Positions 1 to 14,001 of a stretch of 64,000 bases of DNA are shown here, in pieces. The notes beneath the pieces are model-generated. The model searched no databases. It had not been told where the DNA came from and was given only the letters and a program-made list of their open reading frames with translations. The number at the start of each line of letters is the position of its first letter. The first letter of the stretch is position 1. The position numbers were made by a program, and so were the translations under genes. The DNA lies in NCBI GenBank assembly GCA_964016885.1, contig OZ024740.1:295492001-295556000 (forward strand). Reading direction: 5' to 3'. The stretch is from Eledone cirrhosa. Lineage: Eukaryota.

Positions 1-80
1 ATAAAAAAGGATCCATCAAATAAAAAATGGATCACCTAAATAAAAAGGATCCATTAAATAAAAAATGGATCACCTAATGT

Positions 81-295
81 GAACAACAAATCAGTATAGA
101 ATAGGGTATCAGGAGAGTATATGGTAGAACAGGGATATAAATCATTTTTTATTTGACGGATCCATTTTTATTTAGGTGATGGATCACCTAAATAAAAGGA
201 TCCATTAAATAAAAAATGGATCACCTAATTTGTACAACAAATCAGTATAGAATAGGGTATCAGGAGAGTATATGGTAGAACAGGGATATAAATCA
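81..295 (+). repeat. ~63 bp non-satellite spacer (acaacaaatcagtatagaatagggtatcaggagagtatatggtagaacagggatataaatca), two copies here; others at ~1793, 1942, 4311, 7148, 17641, 17790, 20197, 27377, 27526, 29933, 32672
   Basis: Same sequence at A-arm to T-arm switches lacking an island. Matches island positions ~14023-14085. Confidence 0.95.
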
Positions 296-3200
296 TTTTT
301 TATTTGATGGATCCATTTTTATTTAGGTGATCCATTTTATATTTGATGGATCCATTTTTTTATTTAGGTGATCCATTATTTATTTAGGTGATCCATTTTT
401 TATTTGATGGATCCTTTTTTTATTTAGGTGATACATTTTTTATTTGATGGATCCATTTTTTATTTGATGGATCCTTTTTTATTTAGGTGATCCATTTTTT
501 ATTTGATGGATCCATTTTTTATTTGATGGATCCTTTTTTATTTAGGTGATCCATTATTTATTTGATGGATCCTTTTATATTTAGGTGATCCATTTTTTTA
601 TTTGCTGGATCCATTTTTTATTTGATGGATCCTTTTTTATTTAGGTGATCCATTTTTTATTTGATGGATCCTTTTTTATTTAGGTGATCCATTTTTTATT
701 TGATGGATCCATTTTTTATTTGATGGATCCTTTTTTATTTAGGTGATCCATTATTTATTTGATGGATTCTTTTTTATTTAGGTGATCCATTTTTTATATG
801 ATGGATCCACTTTTTATTTGATGGATCCTTTTTTATTTAGGTGATCCATTTTTTATTTGATGGATCCTTTTTTATTTAGGTGATCCATTTTTTATTTGAT
901 GGATCCTTTTTATTTAGGTGATCCATTTTATATTTGATGGATCCTTTTTTATTTAGGTGATCCATTTTTTATTTGGTGGATCCATTTTTTATTTGATGGA
1001 TCCTTTTTTATTTAGGTGATCCATTTTTTATTTGATGGATCCATTTTTTATTTGATGGATCCTTTTTTATTTAGTTGATCCATTTTTTATTTGATGGATC
1101 CTTTTTTATTTAGGTGATCCATTTTTTATTTGATGGATCCTTTTTTATTTAGGTGATCCATTTTTTATTTGATGTATCCATTTTTTATTTGATGGATCCA
1201 TTTTTTATTTGATGGATCCATTTTTATTTAGGTGAACCATTTTTTATTTGATGGATCCTTCTTTATTTAGGTGATCCATTTTTATTTGATGGATCCATTT
1301 TTTATCTAGCTGATCCATTTTTTATTTGATGGATCCTTTGTATTAAGGTGAACCATTTTTTATTTGATGGATCCTTTTTTTATTTAGGTGATCCATTTTT
1401 TATTTGATGGATCCATTTTTTATTTGATGGATCCTTTTTTATTTAGGCGATCAAATAAAAAATGGATCACGTAAATAAAAAAGGATCCATGAAATAAAAA
1501 ATGGATCCATCAAATAAAAAATGGATCACCTAAATAAAAAAGGATCCATCAAATAAAATATGGATACATAAAATAAAAAATGGATTACCTAAATAAAAAA
1601 TGATCCATCAAATAAAATATGGATCACCTAAATAAAAAAATGGATCCATCAAATAAAAAATGGATCCATCAAATAAAAAATGGATCCATCAAATAAAAAA
1701 TGGATCACCTAAATAAAAAAGGATCCATCAAATAAAAAATGGATCACCTAAATAAAAAGGATCCATTAAATAAAAAATGGATCACCTAATGTGAACAACA
1801 AATCAGTATAGAATAGGGTATCAGGAGAGTATATGGTAGAACAGGGATATAAATCATTTTTTATTTGACGGATCCATTTTTATTTAGGTGATGGATCACC
1901 TAAATAAAAGGATCCATTAAATAAAAAATGGATCACCTAATTTGTACAACAAATCAGTATAGAATAGGGTATCAGGAGAGTATATGGTAGAACAGGGATA
2001 TAAATCATTTTTTATTTGATGGATCCATTTTTATTTAGGTGATCCATTTTATATTTGATGGATCCATTTTTTTATTTAGGTGATCCATTATTTATTTAGG
2101 TGATCCATTTTTTATTTGATGGATCCTTTTTTTATTTAGGTGATACATTTTTTATTTGATGGATCCATTTTTTATTTGATGGATCCTTTTTTATTTAGGT
2201 GATCCATTTTTTATTTGATGGATCCATTTTTTATTTGATGGATCCTTTTTTATTTAGGTGATCCATTATTTATTTGATGGATCCTTTTATATTTAGGTGA
2301 TCCATTTTTTTATTTGCTGGATCCATTTTTTATTTGATGGATCCTTTTTTATTTAGGTGATCCATTTTTTATTTGATGGATCCTTTTTTATTTAGGTGAT
2401 CCATTTTTTATTTGATGGATCCATTTTTTATTTGATGGATCCTTTTTTATTTAGGTGATCCATTATTTATTTGATGGATTCTTTTTTATTTAGGTGATCC
2501 ATTTTTTATATGATGGATCCACTTTTTATTTGATGGATCCTTTTTTATTTAGGTGATCCATTTTTTATTTGATGGATCCTTTTTTATTTAGGTGATCCAT
2601 TTTTTATTTGATGGATCCTTTTTATTTAGGTGATCCATTTTATATTTGATGGATCCTTTTTTATTTAGGTGATCCATTTTTTATTTGGTGGATCCATTTT
2701 TTATTTGATGGATCCTTTTTTATTTAGGTGATCCATTTTTTATTTGATGGATCCATTTTTTATTTGATGGATCCTTTTTTATTTAGTTGATCCATTTTTT
2801 ATTTGATGGATCCTTTTTTATTTAGGTGATCCATTTTTTATTTGATGGATCCATTTTTTTATTTGATGGATCCTTTTTTATTTAGGTGATCCATTTTTTA
2901 TTTGATGGATCCATTTTATATTTAGTTGATCCATTTTTTATTTGATGGATCCATTTTTATTTAGGTGATCCATTTTTTATTTGATGGATCCTTTTTATTT
3001 AGGTGATCCATTTTTTATTTGATGGATCCTTTTTTATTTAGGTGATCCATTTTTTATTTAATGGATCCATTTTTTATTTGATGAATCCTTTTTTATTTAG
3101 GTGATCCATTTTTTATTTGATGGATCCTTTTGATTTATGTGATCCATTTTATATTTGATGGATCCATTTTTTATTTAGGTGATCCATTTTTTATTTAGGT

Positions 3201-6200
3201 GATCCATTTTTTTATTTGATGGATCCTTTTTTATTTAGGTGATCCATTTTTTATTTGATGGATCCATTTTTTATTTGATGGATCCTTTTTTATTTAGGTG
3301 ATCCATTTTTTATACGATGGATCCATTTTTTATTTAGGTGATCCAATTTTTATTTGATGGATCCATTTTTTATTTAGGTGATCCATTTTTTATTTGATGG
3401 ATCCATTTTTATTTAGGTGATCCATTCTTTATTTGATGGATCCTTTTTTATTTAGGTGATCCATTTTTTATTTGATGGATCCATTTTTTATTTGATGGAT
3501 CCTTTTTTATTTAGGTGATCCATTTTTTATTTGATGGATCCATTTTTTATTTGATGGATCCTTTTTTATTTAGGTGATCCATTTTTTATTTGATGGATCC
3601 TTTTTTATTTAGGTGATCCATTTTTTATTTGATGGATCCATTTTTTATTTGATGGATCTTTTTTTATTTAGGTGATCCATTTTTTATTTGATGGATCCTT
3701 TTTTATTTAGGTGATCCATTTTTTATTTGATGGATCCATTTTATTTAGGTGATCCATTTTTTATTTGATGGATCCTTTTTTATTTAGGTGATCCATTTTT
3801 TATTTGATGGATCCATTTTTTTTATTTGATCTATCCTTTTTTATTTAGGCGATCAAATAAAAAATGGATCCATCAAATAAAAAATGGATCACCTAAATAA
3901 AAAAGGATCCATCAAATAAAATATGGATCCATCAAATAAAAAATGGATTACCTAAATAAAAAAGGATCCATCAAATAAAAAATGGATCCATCAAATAAAA
4001 AATGGATCACCTAAATAAAAATGAATCCATCAAATAAAAAATGTTTCATCTAAATAAAAAATTGGATCCATCAAATAAAAAATGGATCACCTAAATAAAA
4101 AAGGATCCTTCCAATAAAAAATGGATCGCCTAAATAAGAAATGGATCCATCAAATAAAAAATGGATCACCTAAATAAAAATGGATCACCTAAATAAAAAG
4201 TATCCATCAAATAAAAAATGGATCACTTAAATAAAAAAGGATCCATCAAATAAAAAATGGATCACCTAAATAAAAAGGATCCATCAAATAAAAAATGGAT
4301 CACCTAATTTGAACAACAAATCAGTATAGAATAGGGTATCAGGAGAGTATATGGTAGAACAGGGATATAAATCATTTTTTATTTGATGGATCCATTTTTA
4401 TTTAGGTGATCCATTTTATATTTGATGGATCCATTTTTTTATTTAGGTGATCCATTCTTTATTTAGGTGATCCATTTTTTATTTGATGGATCCTTTTTTT
4501 ATTTAGGTGATACATTTTTTATTTGATGGATCCATTTTTTATATGATGGATCCTTTTTTATTTAGGTGATCCATTTTTTATTTGATGGATCCATTTTTTA
4601 TTTGATGGATCCTTTTTTATTTAGGTGATCCATTTTTTATTTGATGGATCCTTTTATATTTAGGTGATCCATTTTTTATTTGCTGGATCCATTTTTTATT
4701 TGATGGATCCTTTTTTATTTAGGTGATCCATTTTTTATTTGATGGATTCTTTTTTATTTAGGCGATGCATTTTTTATTTGATGGGTCCATTTTATTTAGG
4801 TGATCCATTTTTTATTTGATGGATCCATTTTTATTTAGGTGATCCATTTTATATTTGATGGATCCATTTTTTTATTTAGGTGATCCATTTTTTATTTAGG
4901 TGATCCATTTTTTATTTGATGGATCCTTTTTTTTATTTAGGTGATACATTTTTTATTTGATGGATCCATTTTTTATTTGATGGATCCTTTTTTATTTAGG
5001 TGATCCATTTTTTATTTGATGGATCCATTTTTTATTTGATGGATCCTTTTTTATTTAGGTGATCCATTTTTTATTTGATAGATCCTTTTATATTTAGGTG
5101 ATCCATTTTTTATTTGCTGGACCCATTTTTTATTTGATGGATCCTTTTTTATTTAGGTGATCCATTTTTTATTTGATGGATCCTTTTTTATTTAGGCGAT
5201 CCATTTTTTATTTGATGGATCCATTTTTTATTTGATGGATCCTTTTTTATTTAGGTGATCCATTTTTTATTTGATGGATCCTTTTTATTTAGGTGATCCA
5301 TTTTTTATTTGATGGATTCTTTTTTATTTAGGTGATCCATTTTTTATATGATGGATCCACTTTTTATTTGATGGATCCTTTTTTATTTAGGTGATCCATT
5401 TTTTATTTGATGGATCCTTTTTTATTTAGGTGATCCATTTTTTATTTGATGGATCCTTTTTATTTAGGTGATCCATTTTATATTTGATGGATCCTTTTTT
5501 ATTTAGGTGATCCATTTTTTATTTGGTGGATCCATTTTTTATTTGATGGATCCTTTTTTATTTAGGTGATCCATTTTTTATTTGATGGATCCATTTTTTA
5601 TTTGATGGATCCTTTTTTATTTAGTTGATCCATTTTTTATTTGATGGATCCTTTTTTATTTAGGTGATCCATTTTTTATTTGATGGATCCATTTTTTTAT
5701 TTGATGGATCCTTTTTTATTTAGGTGATCCATTTTTTATTTGATGGATCCTTTTTTATTTAGGTGATCCATTTTTTATTTGATGGATCCATTTTTTATTT
5801 AGTTGATCCATTTTTTATTTGATGGATCCATTTTTATTTAGGTGATCCATTTTTTATTTGATGGATCCTTTTTATTTAGGTGATCCATTTTTTATTTGAT
5901 GGATCCTTTTTTATTTAGGTGATCCATTTTTTATTTAATGGATCCATTTTTTATTTGATGAATCCTTTTTTATTTAGGTGATCCATTTTTTATTTGATGG
6001 ATCCTTTTGATTTATGTGATCCATTTTATATTTGATGGATCCATTTTTTATTTAGGTGATCCATTTTTTATTTAGGTGATCCATTTTTTTATTTGATGGA
6101 TCCTTTTTTATTTAGGTGATCCATTTTTTATTTGATGGATCCATTTTTTATTTGATGGATCCTTTTTTATTTAGGTGATCCAATTTTTATTTGATGGATC

Positions 6201-9200
6201 CATTTTTTATTTAGGTGATCCATTTTTTATTTGATGGATCCATTTTTATTTAGGTGATCCATTCTTTATTTGATGGATCCTTTTTTATTTAGGTGATCCA
6301 TTTTTTATTTGATGGATCCATTTTTTATTTGATGGATCCTTTTTTATTTAGGTGATCCATTTTTTATTTGATGGATCCATTTTTTATTTGATGGATCCTT
6401 TTTTATTTAGGTGATCCATTTTTTATTTGATGGATCCTTTTTTATTTAGGTGATCCATTTTTTATTTGATGGATCCATTTTTTATTTGATGGATCTTTTT
6501 TTATTTAGGTGATCCATTTTTTATTTGATGGATCCTTTTTTATTTAGGTGATCCATTTTTTATTTGATGGATCCATTTTATTTAGGTGATCCATTTTTTA
6601 TTTGATGGATCCTTTTTTATTTAGGTGATCCATTTTTTATTTGATGGATCCATTTTTTTTATTTGATCTATCCTTTTTTATTTAGGCGATCAAATAAAAA
6701 ATGGATCCATCAAATAAAAAATGGATCACCTAAATAAAAAAGGATCCATCAAATAAAATATGGATCCATCAAATAAAAAATGGATTACCTAAATAAAAAA
6801 GGATCCATCAAATAAAAAATGGATCCATCAAATAAAAAATGGATCACCTAAATAAAAATGAATCCATCAAATAAAAAATGTTTCATCTAAATAAAAAATT
6901 GGATCCATCAAATAAAAAATGGATCACCTAAATAAAAAAGGATCCTTCCAATAAAAAATGGATCGCCTAAATAAGAAATGGATCCATCAAATAAAAAATG
7001 GATCACCTAAATAAAAATGGATCACCTAAATAAAAAGTATCCATCAAATAAAAAATGGATCACTTAAATAAAAAAGGATCCATCAAATAAAAAATGGATC
7101 ACCTAAATAAAAAGGATCCATCAAATAAAAAATGGATCACCTAATTTGAACAACAAATCAGTATAGAATAGGGTATCAGGAGAGTATATGGTAGAACAGG
7201 GATATAAATCATTTTTTATTTGATGGATCCATTTTTATTTAGGTGATCCATTTTATATTTGATGGATCCATTTTTTTATTTAGGTGATCCATTTTTTATT
7301 TAGGTGATCCATTTTTTATTTGATGGATCCTTTTTTTATTTAGGTGATACATTTTTTATTTGATGGATCCATTTTTTATATGATGGATCCTTTTTTATTT
7401 AGGTGATCCATTTTTTATTTGATGGATCCATTTTTTATTTGATGGATCCTTTTTTATTTAGGTGATCCATTTTTTATTTGATGGATCCTTTTATATTTAG
7501 GTGATCCATTTTTTATTTGCTGGATCCATTTTTTATTTGATGGATCCTTTTTTATTTAGGTGATCCATTTTTTATTTGATGGATTCTTTTTTATTTAGGC
7601 GATGCATTTTTTATTTGATGGGTCCATTTTATTTAGGTGATCCATTTTTTATTTGATGGATCCATTTTTATTTAGGTGATCCATTTTATATTTGATGGAT
7701 CCATTTTTTTATTTAGGTGATCCATTTTTTATTTAGGTGATCCATTTTTTATTTGATGGATCCTTTTTTTATTTAGGTGATCCATTTTTTATTTGATGGA
7801 TCCCTTTTTTATTTGATGGATCCTTTTTTATTTAGGTGATCCATTTTTTATTTGATGGATCCTTTTTTATTTAGGTGATCCATTTTTTACTTGATGGTTC
7901 CATTTTTTATTTGATGGATCCTTTTTTAATTAGGTGATCCATTTTTTATTTGATGAATCCATTTTTTATTTGATGGATCCTTTTTTATTTAGGTGATCCA
8001 TTTTTCATATGATGGATCCTTTTTTATTTAGGTGATCCATTTTTTATTTGATGGATCCATTTTTTATTTGATGGATCCTTTTTTATTTAGGTGATCCATT
8101 TTTTATTTGATGGATCCATTTTTTATTTGTTGGATCCTTTTTTATTTAGGTGATCCATTTTTTATTTGATGGATCCATTTTTTATTTGATGGATCCTTTT
8201 TTATTTAGGTGATCCATTATTATTTAATGGATCCATTTTTTATTTCATGGATCCTTTTTCATTTAGGTGATCCATTTTTATTTGATGGATCCTTTTTTAT
8301 TTAGGTGATCCATTTTTTATTTGATGGATCCATTTTTTTATTTAGGTGATCCATTTTTTATTTGATGGATCCATTTTTATTTAGGCGATCCATTTTTTAT
8401 TTGATGGATCCTTTTTTATTTAGGTGATCCATTTTTTATTTGATGGATCCATTTTTTATTTGATTCATCCATTTTTATTTAGGTGATCCATTTTTTATTT
8501 GATGGATCCATTTTTTATTTGATCGATCCTTTTTAATTTAGGTGATCCATTTTTTATTTGATGGATCCTTTTTTTATTTAGGTGATCCATTTTTTATTTG
8601 ATGGATCCATTTTTTAGTTGATGGATCCTTTTTTATTTAGGTGATCCATTTTTTATTTGATGTCCCTTTTTTATTTGATGGATCCTTTTTTATTTAGGTG
8701 ATCCATTTTTTATTTGATGGATCCATTTTTTATTTGATGGATCCTTTTTTATTTAGGTGACCCATTTTCTATTTGATGGATCCATTTTTTATTTGATGGA
8801 TCCTTTTTCATTTAGGTGATCCATTATTTATTTGTTGGATCCTTTTCTATTTAGGTGATCCATTTTTTATTTAATGGATCCATTTTTTTATTTGATGGAT
8901 CCTTTTTTATTTAGGTGATCCATTTTTATTTGATGCATCCTTTTTTATTTAGGTGATCCATTTTTTATTTGATGGATCCATTTTTTTATTTAGGTGATCC
9001 ATTTTTTATTTGATGGATCCATTTTTATTTAGGTGATCCATTTTTTATTTGATGGATCCTTTTTTATTTAGGTGATCCATTTTTTATTTGATGGATCCAT
9101 TTTTTATTTGATGGATCCTTTTTTATTTAGGCGATCAAATAAAAAATGGATCCATCAAATAAAAAATGGATCACCTAAATAAAAAATTATCCATCAAATA

Positions 9201-9573
9201 AAATATGGATCCATCAAATAAAAAATGGATTACCTAAATAAAAAAGGATCCATCAAATAAAAAATGGATCCATCAAATAAAAAATAGATCACCTAAATAA
9301 AAAAGGATCCATCAAATAAAATATGGATCCATCAAATAAAAAATGGATTACCTAAATAAAAAAGGATCCATCAAATAAAAAATGGATCCATCAAATAAAT
9401 AATGGATCACCTAAATAAAAAAGGATCCATCAAATAAAAAATGGATCACCTAAATAAAAAAAGGATCCATCAAATAAAAAATGGATCACCTACTTTAGAT
9501 AAATAAAAGATACGTCCAAGATCAACAAAAGCAGGTTGTAAAAATTCCGGTCTGCCAGTACCACTAGTCTGTA

Positions 9574-9763
9574 GCGGTGAATTGGCAGTATGAGTAGAGG
9601 GTCGTACGCCATGCTTTCCAGCATAGTTACGTTCCTTTACGTTCTGAGTTCAAATCCCGTTGAGTTTAACTTTGCCTTTCATCCTTATGGGGTCGATAAA
9701 ATAAAGTACCAGTAATGCACTGGGTAATTGCTGGCCTTGTGCCAAAAGTAGAAACAATTATTA
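9574..9763 (+). mobile_element. tRNA-derived SINE (~190 bp), island copy
   Basis: A-box-like tggcagtatgagtag, B-box gagttcaaatcc, central ctttgcctttcatccttatggggtcgataaaataaagtaccag (recalled as Meta-domain-like), tail gctggccttgtgccaaaagtagaaacaatta. Many dispersed copies in the window. Confidence 0.88.
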
Positions 9764-10313
9764 GTAAGATCGAGAGGAATAAGACAAGTTTAAAGCAGTG
9801 TGTTTATAATATAGACTCATGTCCGAGTCATAACATGAAGGGCTTACTCTGCCACACTCTCCAGCTCGTCACAGAAAAGGCGACCATAATATATACAAGA
9901 ATGGCTCTCATACATTCTTAGTGGGAATCAAATGAAAGTAGACATCCGTAAGCAATGGCACTAACTAGTGAAATGAGTTACTCTGAGACCACATAAAAAG
10001 AAGAAATAAATAAAAAAACATGATGTTTTATGGAAAAGTAATAAAATGTTCTTCCCAAAAAATAATAAAACTCCTAGAATTCTATAACTACAGAAATATA
10101 TGTATATACAAAGATAATAAATGATATATTACAACAGGATCACAAGAACACAGCAACAATAATAATTTTCAGAATGAATATACAAAAAATAATGTAAGTT
10201 AAAACAATATGTGACATATTGTTTTACCTTACATTATTTTTTGTTTTAATTATATAATATATAGTATCGTTAATTATAATATGTAATAATAATAATATAA
10301 TTTTCTATTTCAG

Positions 10314-10496
10314 AGCTCAGCTTTGGAAGAGAGGCTGCTTGCAAGTGTATGGACATATGATCGTGTGCATTCTTGCAAGAGCATGGAGGATGTGCGACAT
10401 GACTTCATTGCAAGATTCGGTAAACCAGCTCCTATGAAGAGGACGATACTGCGATGGGAACATAAACTATTTCTCATTACTTTTGGTAGGGGGTGA
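10314..10496 (+). pseudogene. DUF4817-like transposase relic, truncated-island copy
   Basis: Same frame and near-identical sequence to 13819-14001. Confidence 0.68.
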
Positions 10497-13078
10497 CAAG
10501 ACTTTCGGACCACCTTGTACAACAAATCAGTATAGAATAGGGTATCAGGAGAGTATATGGCAGAACAGGGATATAAATCATTTTTTATTTGATGGATCCA
10601 TTTTTTATTTGATGGATCCTTTTTATTTAGGTGATCCATTTTTTATTTAGGTGATCCATTTTTTATTTGATGGACCCATTTTTTATTTGATGGATCCTTT
10701 TTATTTAGGTGATCCATTTTTTATTTAGGTGATCCACTTTTTATTTGATGGATCCTTTTTTATTTAGGTGATCCATTTTTTATTTGATGGATCCATTTTT
10801 TATTTGATGGATCCTTTTTTTTATTTAGGTGATCCATCTTTTATTTGATGGATCCATTTTTTTATTTGATGGCTCCTTTTTAATTTAGGTGATCCATTTT
10901 TTATATGATGGATCCTTTTTTATTTAGTTGATCCATTTTTTATTTGATGGATCCCTTTTTTATTTGATGGATCCTTTTTTATTTAGGTGATCCATTTTAT
11001 ATTTGATGGATCCATTTTTTATTTGATGGATCCTTTTTTATTTAGGTGATCCATTTTTTATTTGATGGATCCATTTTTTATTTGATGGATGCTTTTTCAT
11101 TTAGGTGATCCATTTTTTATTTGATGGATCCATTTTTTATTTGATGGATCCTTTTTCATTTAGGTGATCCATTTTTTATTTGATGGATCCTTTTTTATTT
11201 AGGTGATCCATTTTTTATTTAATGGATTCATTTTTTATTTCATGGATTTTTTTTATTTAGGTGATCAATTTTTATTTGATGTATCCTTTTTTATTTAGGT
11301 GATCCATTTTTTATTTGATGGATCCATTTTTTTATTTAGGGTATCCATTTTTTATTTGATGGATCCATTTTTATTAAGGTGATCCATTTTTTATTTGATG
11401 GATCCTTTTTTATTTAGGTGATCCATTTTTTATTTGATGGATCCATTTTTTATTTGATGCATCCTTTTTTATTTAGGTGATCCATTTTTTATTTGATGGA
11501 TCCATTTTTTATTTGATGGATCCTTTTTAATTTAGGTGATCCATTTTTTATTTGATGGATCAATTTTTTATTTGATGGATCCTTTTTTATTTAGGTGATC
11601 CATTTTTTATTTGATGGATCCAAATTTTTATTTGATGGATCCTTTTTTATTTAGGTGATCCATTTTTTATTTGATGGATCCATTTTTTATTTGATGGATC
11701 ATTTTTCATTTAGGTGATCCATTTTTTATTTGATGGATCCTTTTTTATTTAGGTGATCCATTTTTTATTTAATGGATCCATTTTTTATTTGATGGATCCT
11801 TTTTTATTTAGGTGATCCATTTTTATTTGATGCATCCTTTTTTATTTAGGTGATCCATTTTTTATTTGATGGATCCTTTTTTTTTATTTAGGTGATCCAT
11901 TTTTTATTTGATGGATCCATTTTTATTTAGGTGATCCATTTTTTATTTGATGGATCCTTTTTTATTTAGGTGATCCATTTTTTATTTGATGGATCCATTT
12001 TTTATTTGATGGATCCTTTTTCATTTAGGTGATCCATTTTTTATTTGATCGATCCTTTTTTATTTAGGTGATCCATTTTTTATTTAATGGATCCATTTTT
12101 TATTTGATGGATGCTTTTTTATTTAGGTGATCCATTTTTATTTGATGCATCCTTTTTTATTTAGGTGATCCATTTTTTATTTGATGGATCCATTTTTTTA
12201 TTTAGGTGATCCATTTTTTATTTGATGGATCCATTTTTATTTAGGTGATCCATTTTTTATTTGATGGATCCTTTTTTATTTAGGTGATCCATTTTTTATT
12301 TGATGGATCCATTTTTTATTTGATGGATCCTTTTTTATTTAGGTGATCCATTTTTTATTTGATGGATCCATTTTTTATTTGATGGATCCTTTTTTATTTA
12401 GGTGATCCATTTTTTATTTGATGGATCCATTTTTTATTTGATGGATCCTTTTTCATTTAGGTGATCCATTTTTTATTTGATGGATCCTTTTTTATTTAGG
12501 TGATCCATTTTTTATTTAATGGATCCATTTTTTATTTGATGGATCCTTTTTTATTTAGGTGATCCATTTTTATTTGATGCATCCTTTTTTATTTAGGTGA
12601 TCCATTTTTTATTTGATGGATCCATTTTTTTATTTAGGTGATCCATTTTTTATTTAATGGATCCATTTTTATTTAGGTGATCCATTTTTTATTTGATGGA
12701 TCCTTTTTTATTTAGGTGATCCATTTTTTATTTGATGGATCCATTTTTTATTTGATGGATCCTTTTTTATTTAGGCGATCAAATAAAAAATGGATCCATC
12801 AAATAAAAAATGGATCACCTAAATAAAAAAGGATCCATCAAATAAAATATGGATCCATCAAATAAAAAATGGATTACCTAAATAAAAAAGGATCCATCAA
12901 ATAAAAAATGGATCACCTAAATAAAAAAGGATCCATCAAATAAAAAATGGATCACCTAAATAAAAAAGGATCCATCAAATAAAAAATGGATCACCTACTT
13001 TAGATAAATAAAAGATACGTCCAAGATCAACAAAAGCAGGTTGTGAAAATTCCGGTCTGCCAGTACCACTAATCTGTA

Positions 13079-13268
13079 GCGGTGAATTGGTAGTATGAGT
13101 AGAGGGTCGTACGCCATGCTTTCCAGCATAGTTACGTTCCTTTACGTTCTGAGTTCAAATCCCGTTGAGATTAACTTTGCCTTTCATCCTTATGGGGTCG
13201 ATAAAATAAAGTACCAGTAATGCACTGGGTAATTGCTGGCCTTGTGCCAAAAGTAGAAACAATTATTA
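13079..13268 (+). mobile_element. Same SINE, island copy
   Basis: Near-identical to 9574-9763. Confidence 0.88.
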
Positions 13269-13818
13269 GTAAGATCGAGAGGAATAAGACAAGTTTAAAG
13301 CAGTGTGTTTATAATATAGACTCATGTCCGAGTCATAACATGAAGGGCTTACTCTGCCACACTCTCCAGCTCGTCACAGAAAAGGCGACCATAATATATA
13401 CAAGAATGTCTCTCATACATTCTTAGTGGGAATCAAATGAAAGTAGACATCCGTAAGCAATGGCGCTAACTAGTGAAATGAGTTACTCTGAGACCACATA
13501 AAAAGAAGAAATAAATAAAAAAACATGATGTTTTATGGAAAAGTAATAAAATGTTCTTCACAAAAAATAATAAAACTCCTAGAATTCTATAACTACAGAA
13601 ATATATGTATATACAAAGATAATAAATGATATATTACAACAGGATCACAAGAACACAGCAACAATAATAATTTTCAGAATGAATATACAAAAAATAATGT
13701 AAGTTAAAACAATATGTGACATATTGTTTTAACTTACATTATTTTTTGTTTTAATTATATAATATATAGTATCGTTAATTATAATATGTAATAATAATAA
13801 TATAATTTTCTATTTCAG

Positions 13819-14001
13819 AGCTCAGCTTTGGAAGAGAGGCTGCTTGCAAGTGTATGGACATATGATCGTGTGCATTCTAGCAAGAGCATGGAGGATGTGC
13901 GACATGACTTCATTGCAAGATTCGGTAAACCAGCTCCTATGAAGAGGACGATACTGCGATGGGAACATAAACTATTTCTCATTACTTTTGGTAGGGGGTG
14001 A
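13819..14001 (+). pseudogene. Relic of a DUF4817-type helix-turn-helix N-terminus of a Tc1/mariner-superfamily transposase
   Basis: Manual translation: SSALEERLLASVWTYDRVHSSKSMEDVRHDFIARFGKPAPMKRTILRWEHKLFLITFGRG*. It fits the recalled pattern EERLxxxVW...VRxxFxxRFxKxxP...TIxxWExKLFxxG. Absent from the ORF track. No DDD/E catalytic domain follows. Confidence 0.7.

Larger units (their letters stand above)
9492..10580 (+). repeat. 3'-truncated copy (1.09 kb) of the satellite-embedded island
   Basis: Collinear with 12997-14085, then switches to T-strand satellite after ...gggatataaatca. Confidence 0.95.

Noticed and set aside
9715-9921. Repeated 68 aa ORF MHWVIAGLVPKVET
   Set aside because: It starts within the SINE tail, recurs only because the island is duplicated, and is frameshifted in the terminal copy.
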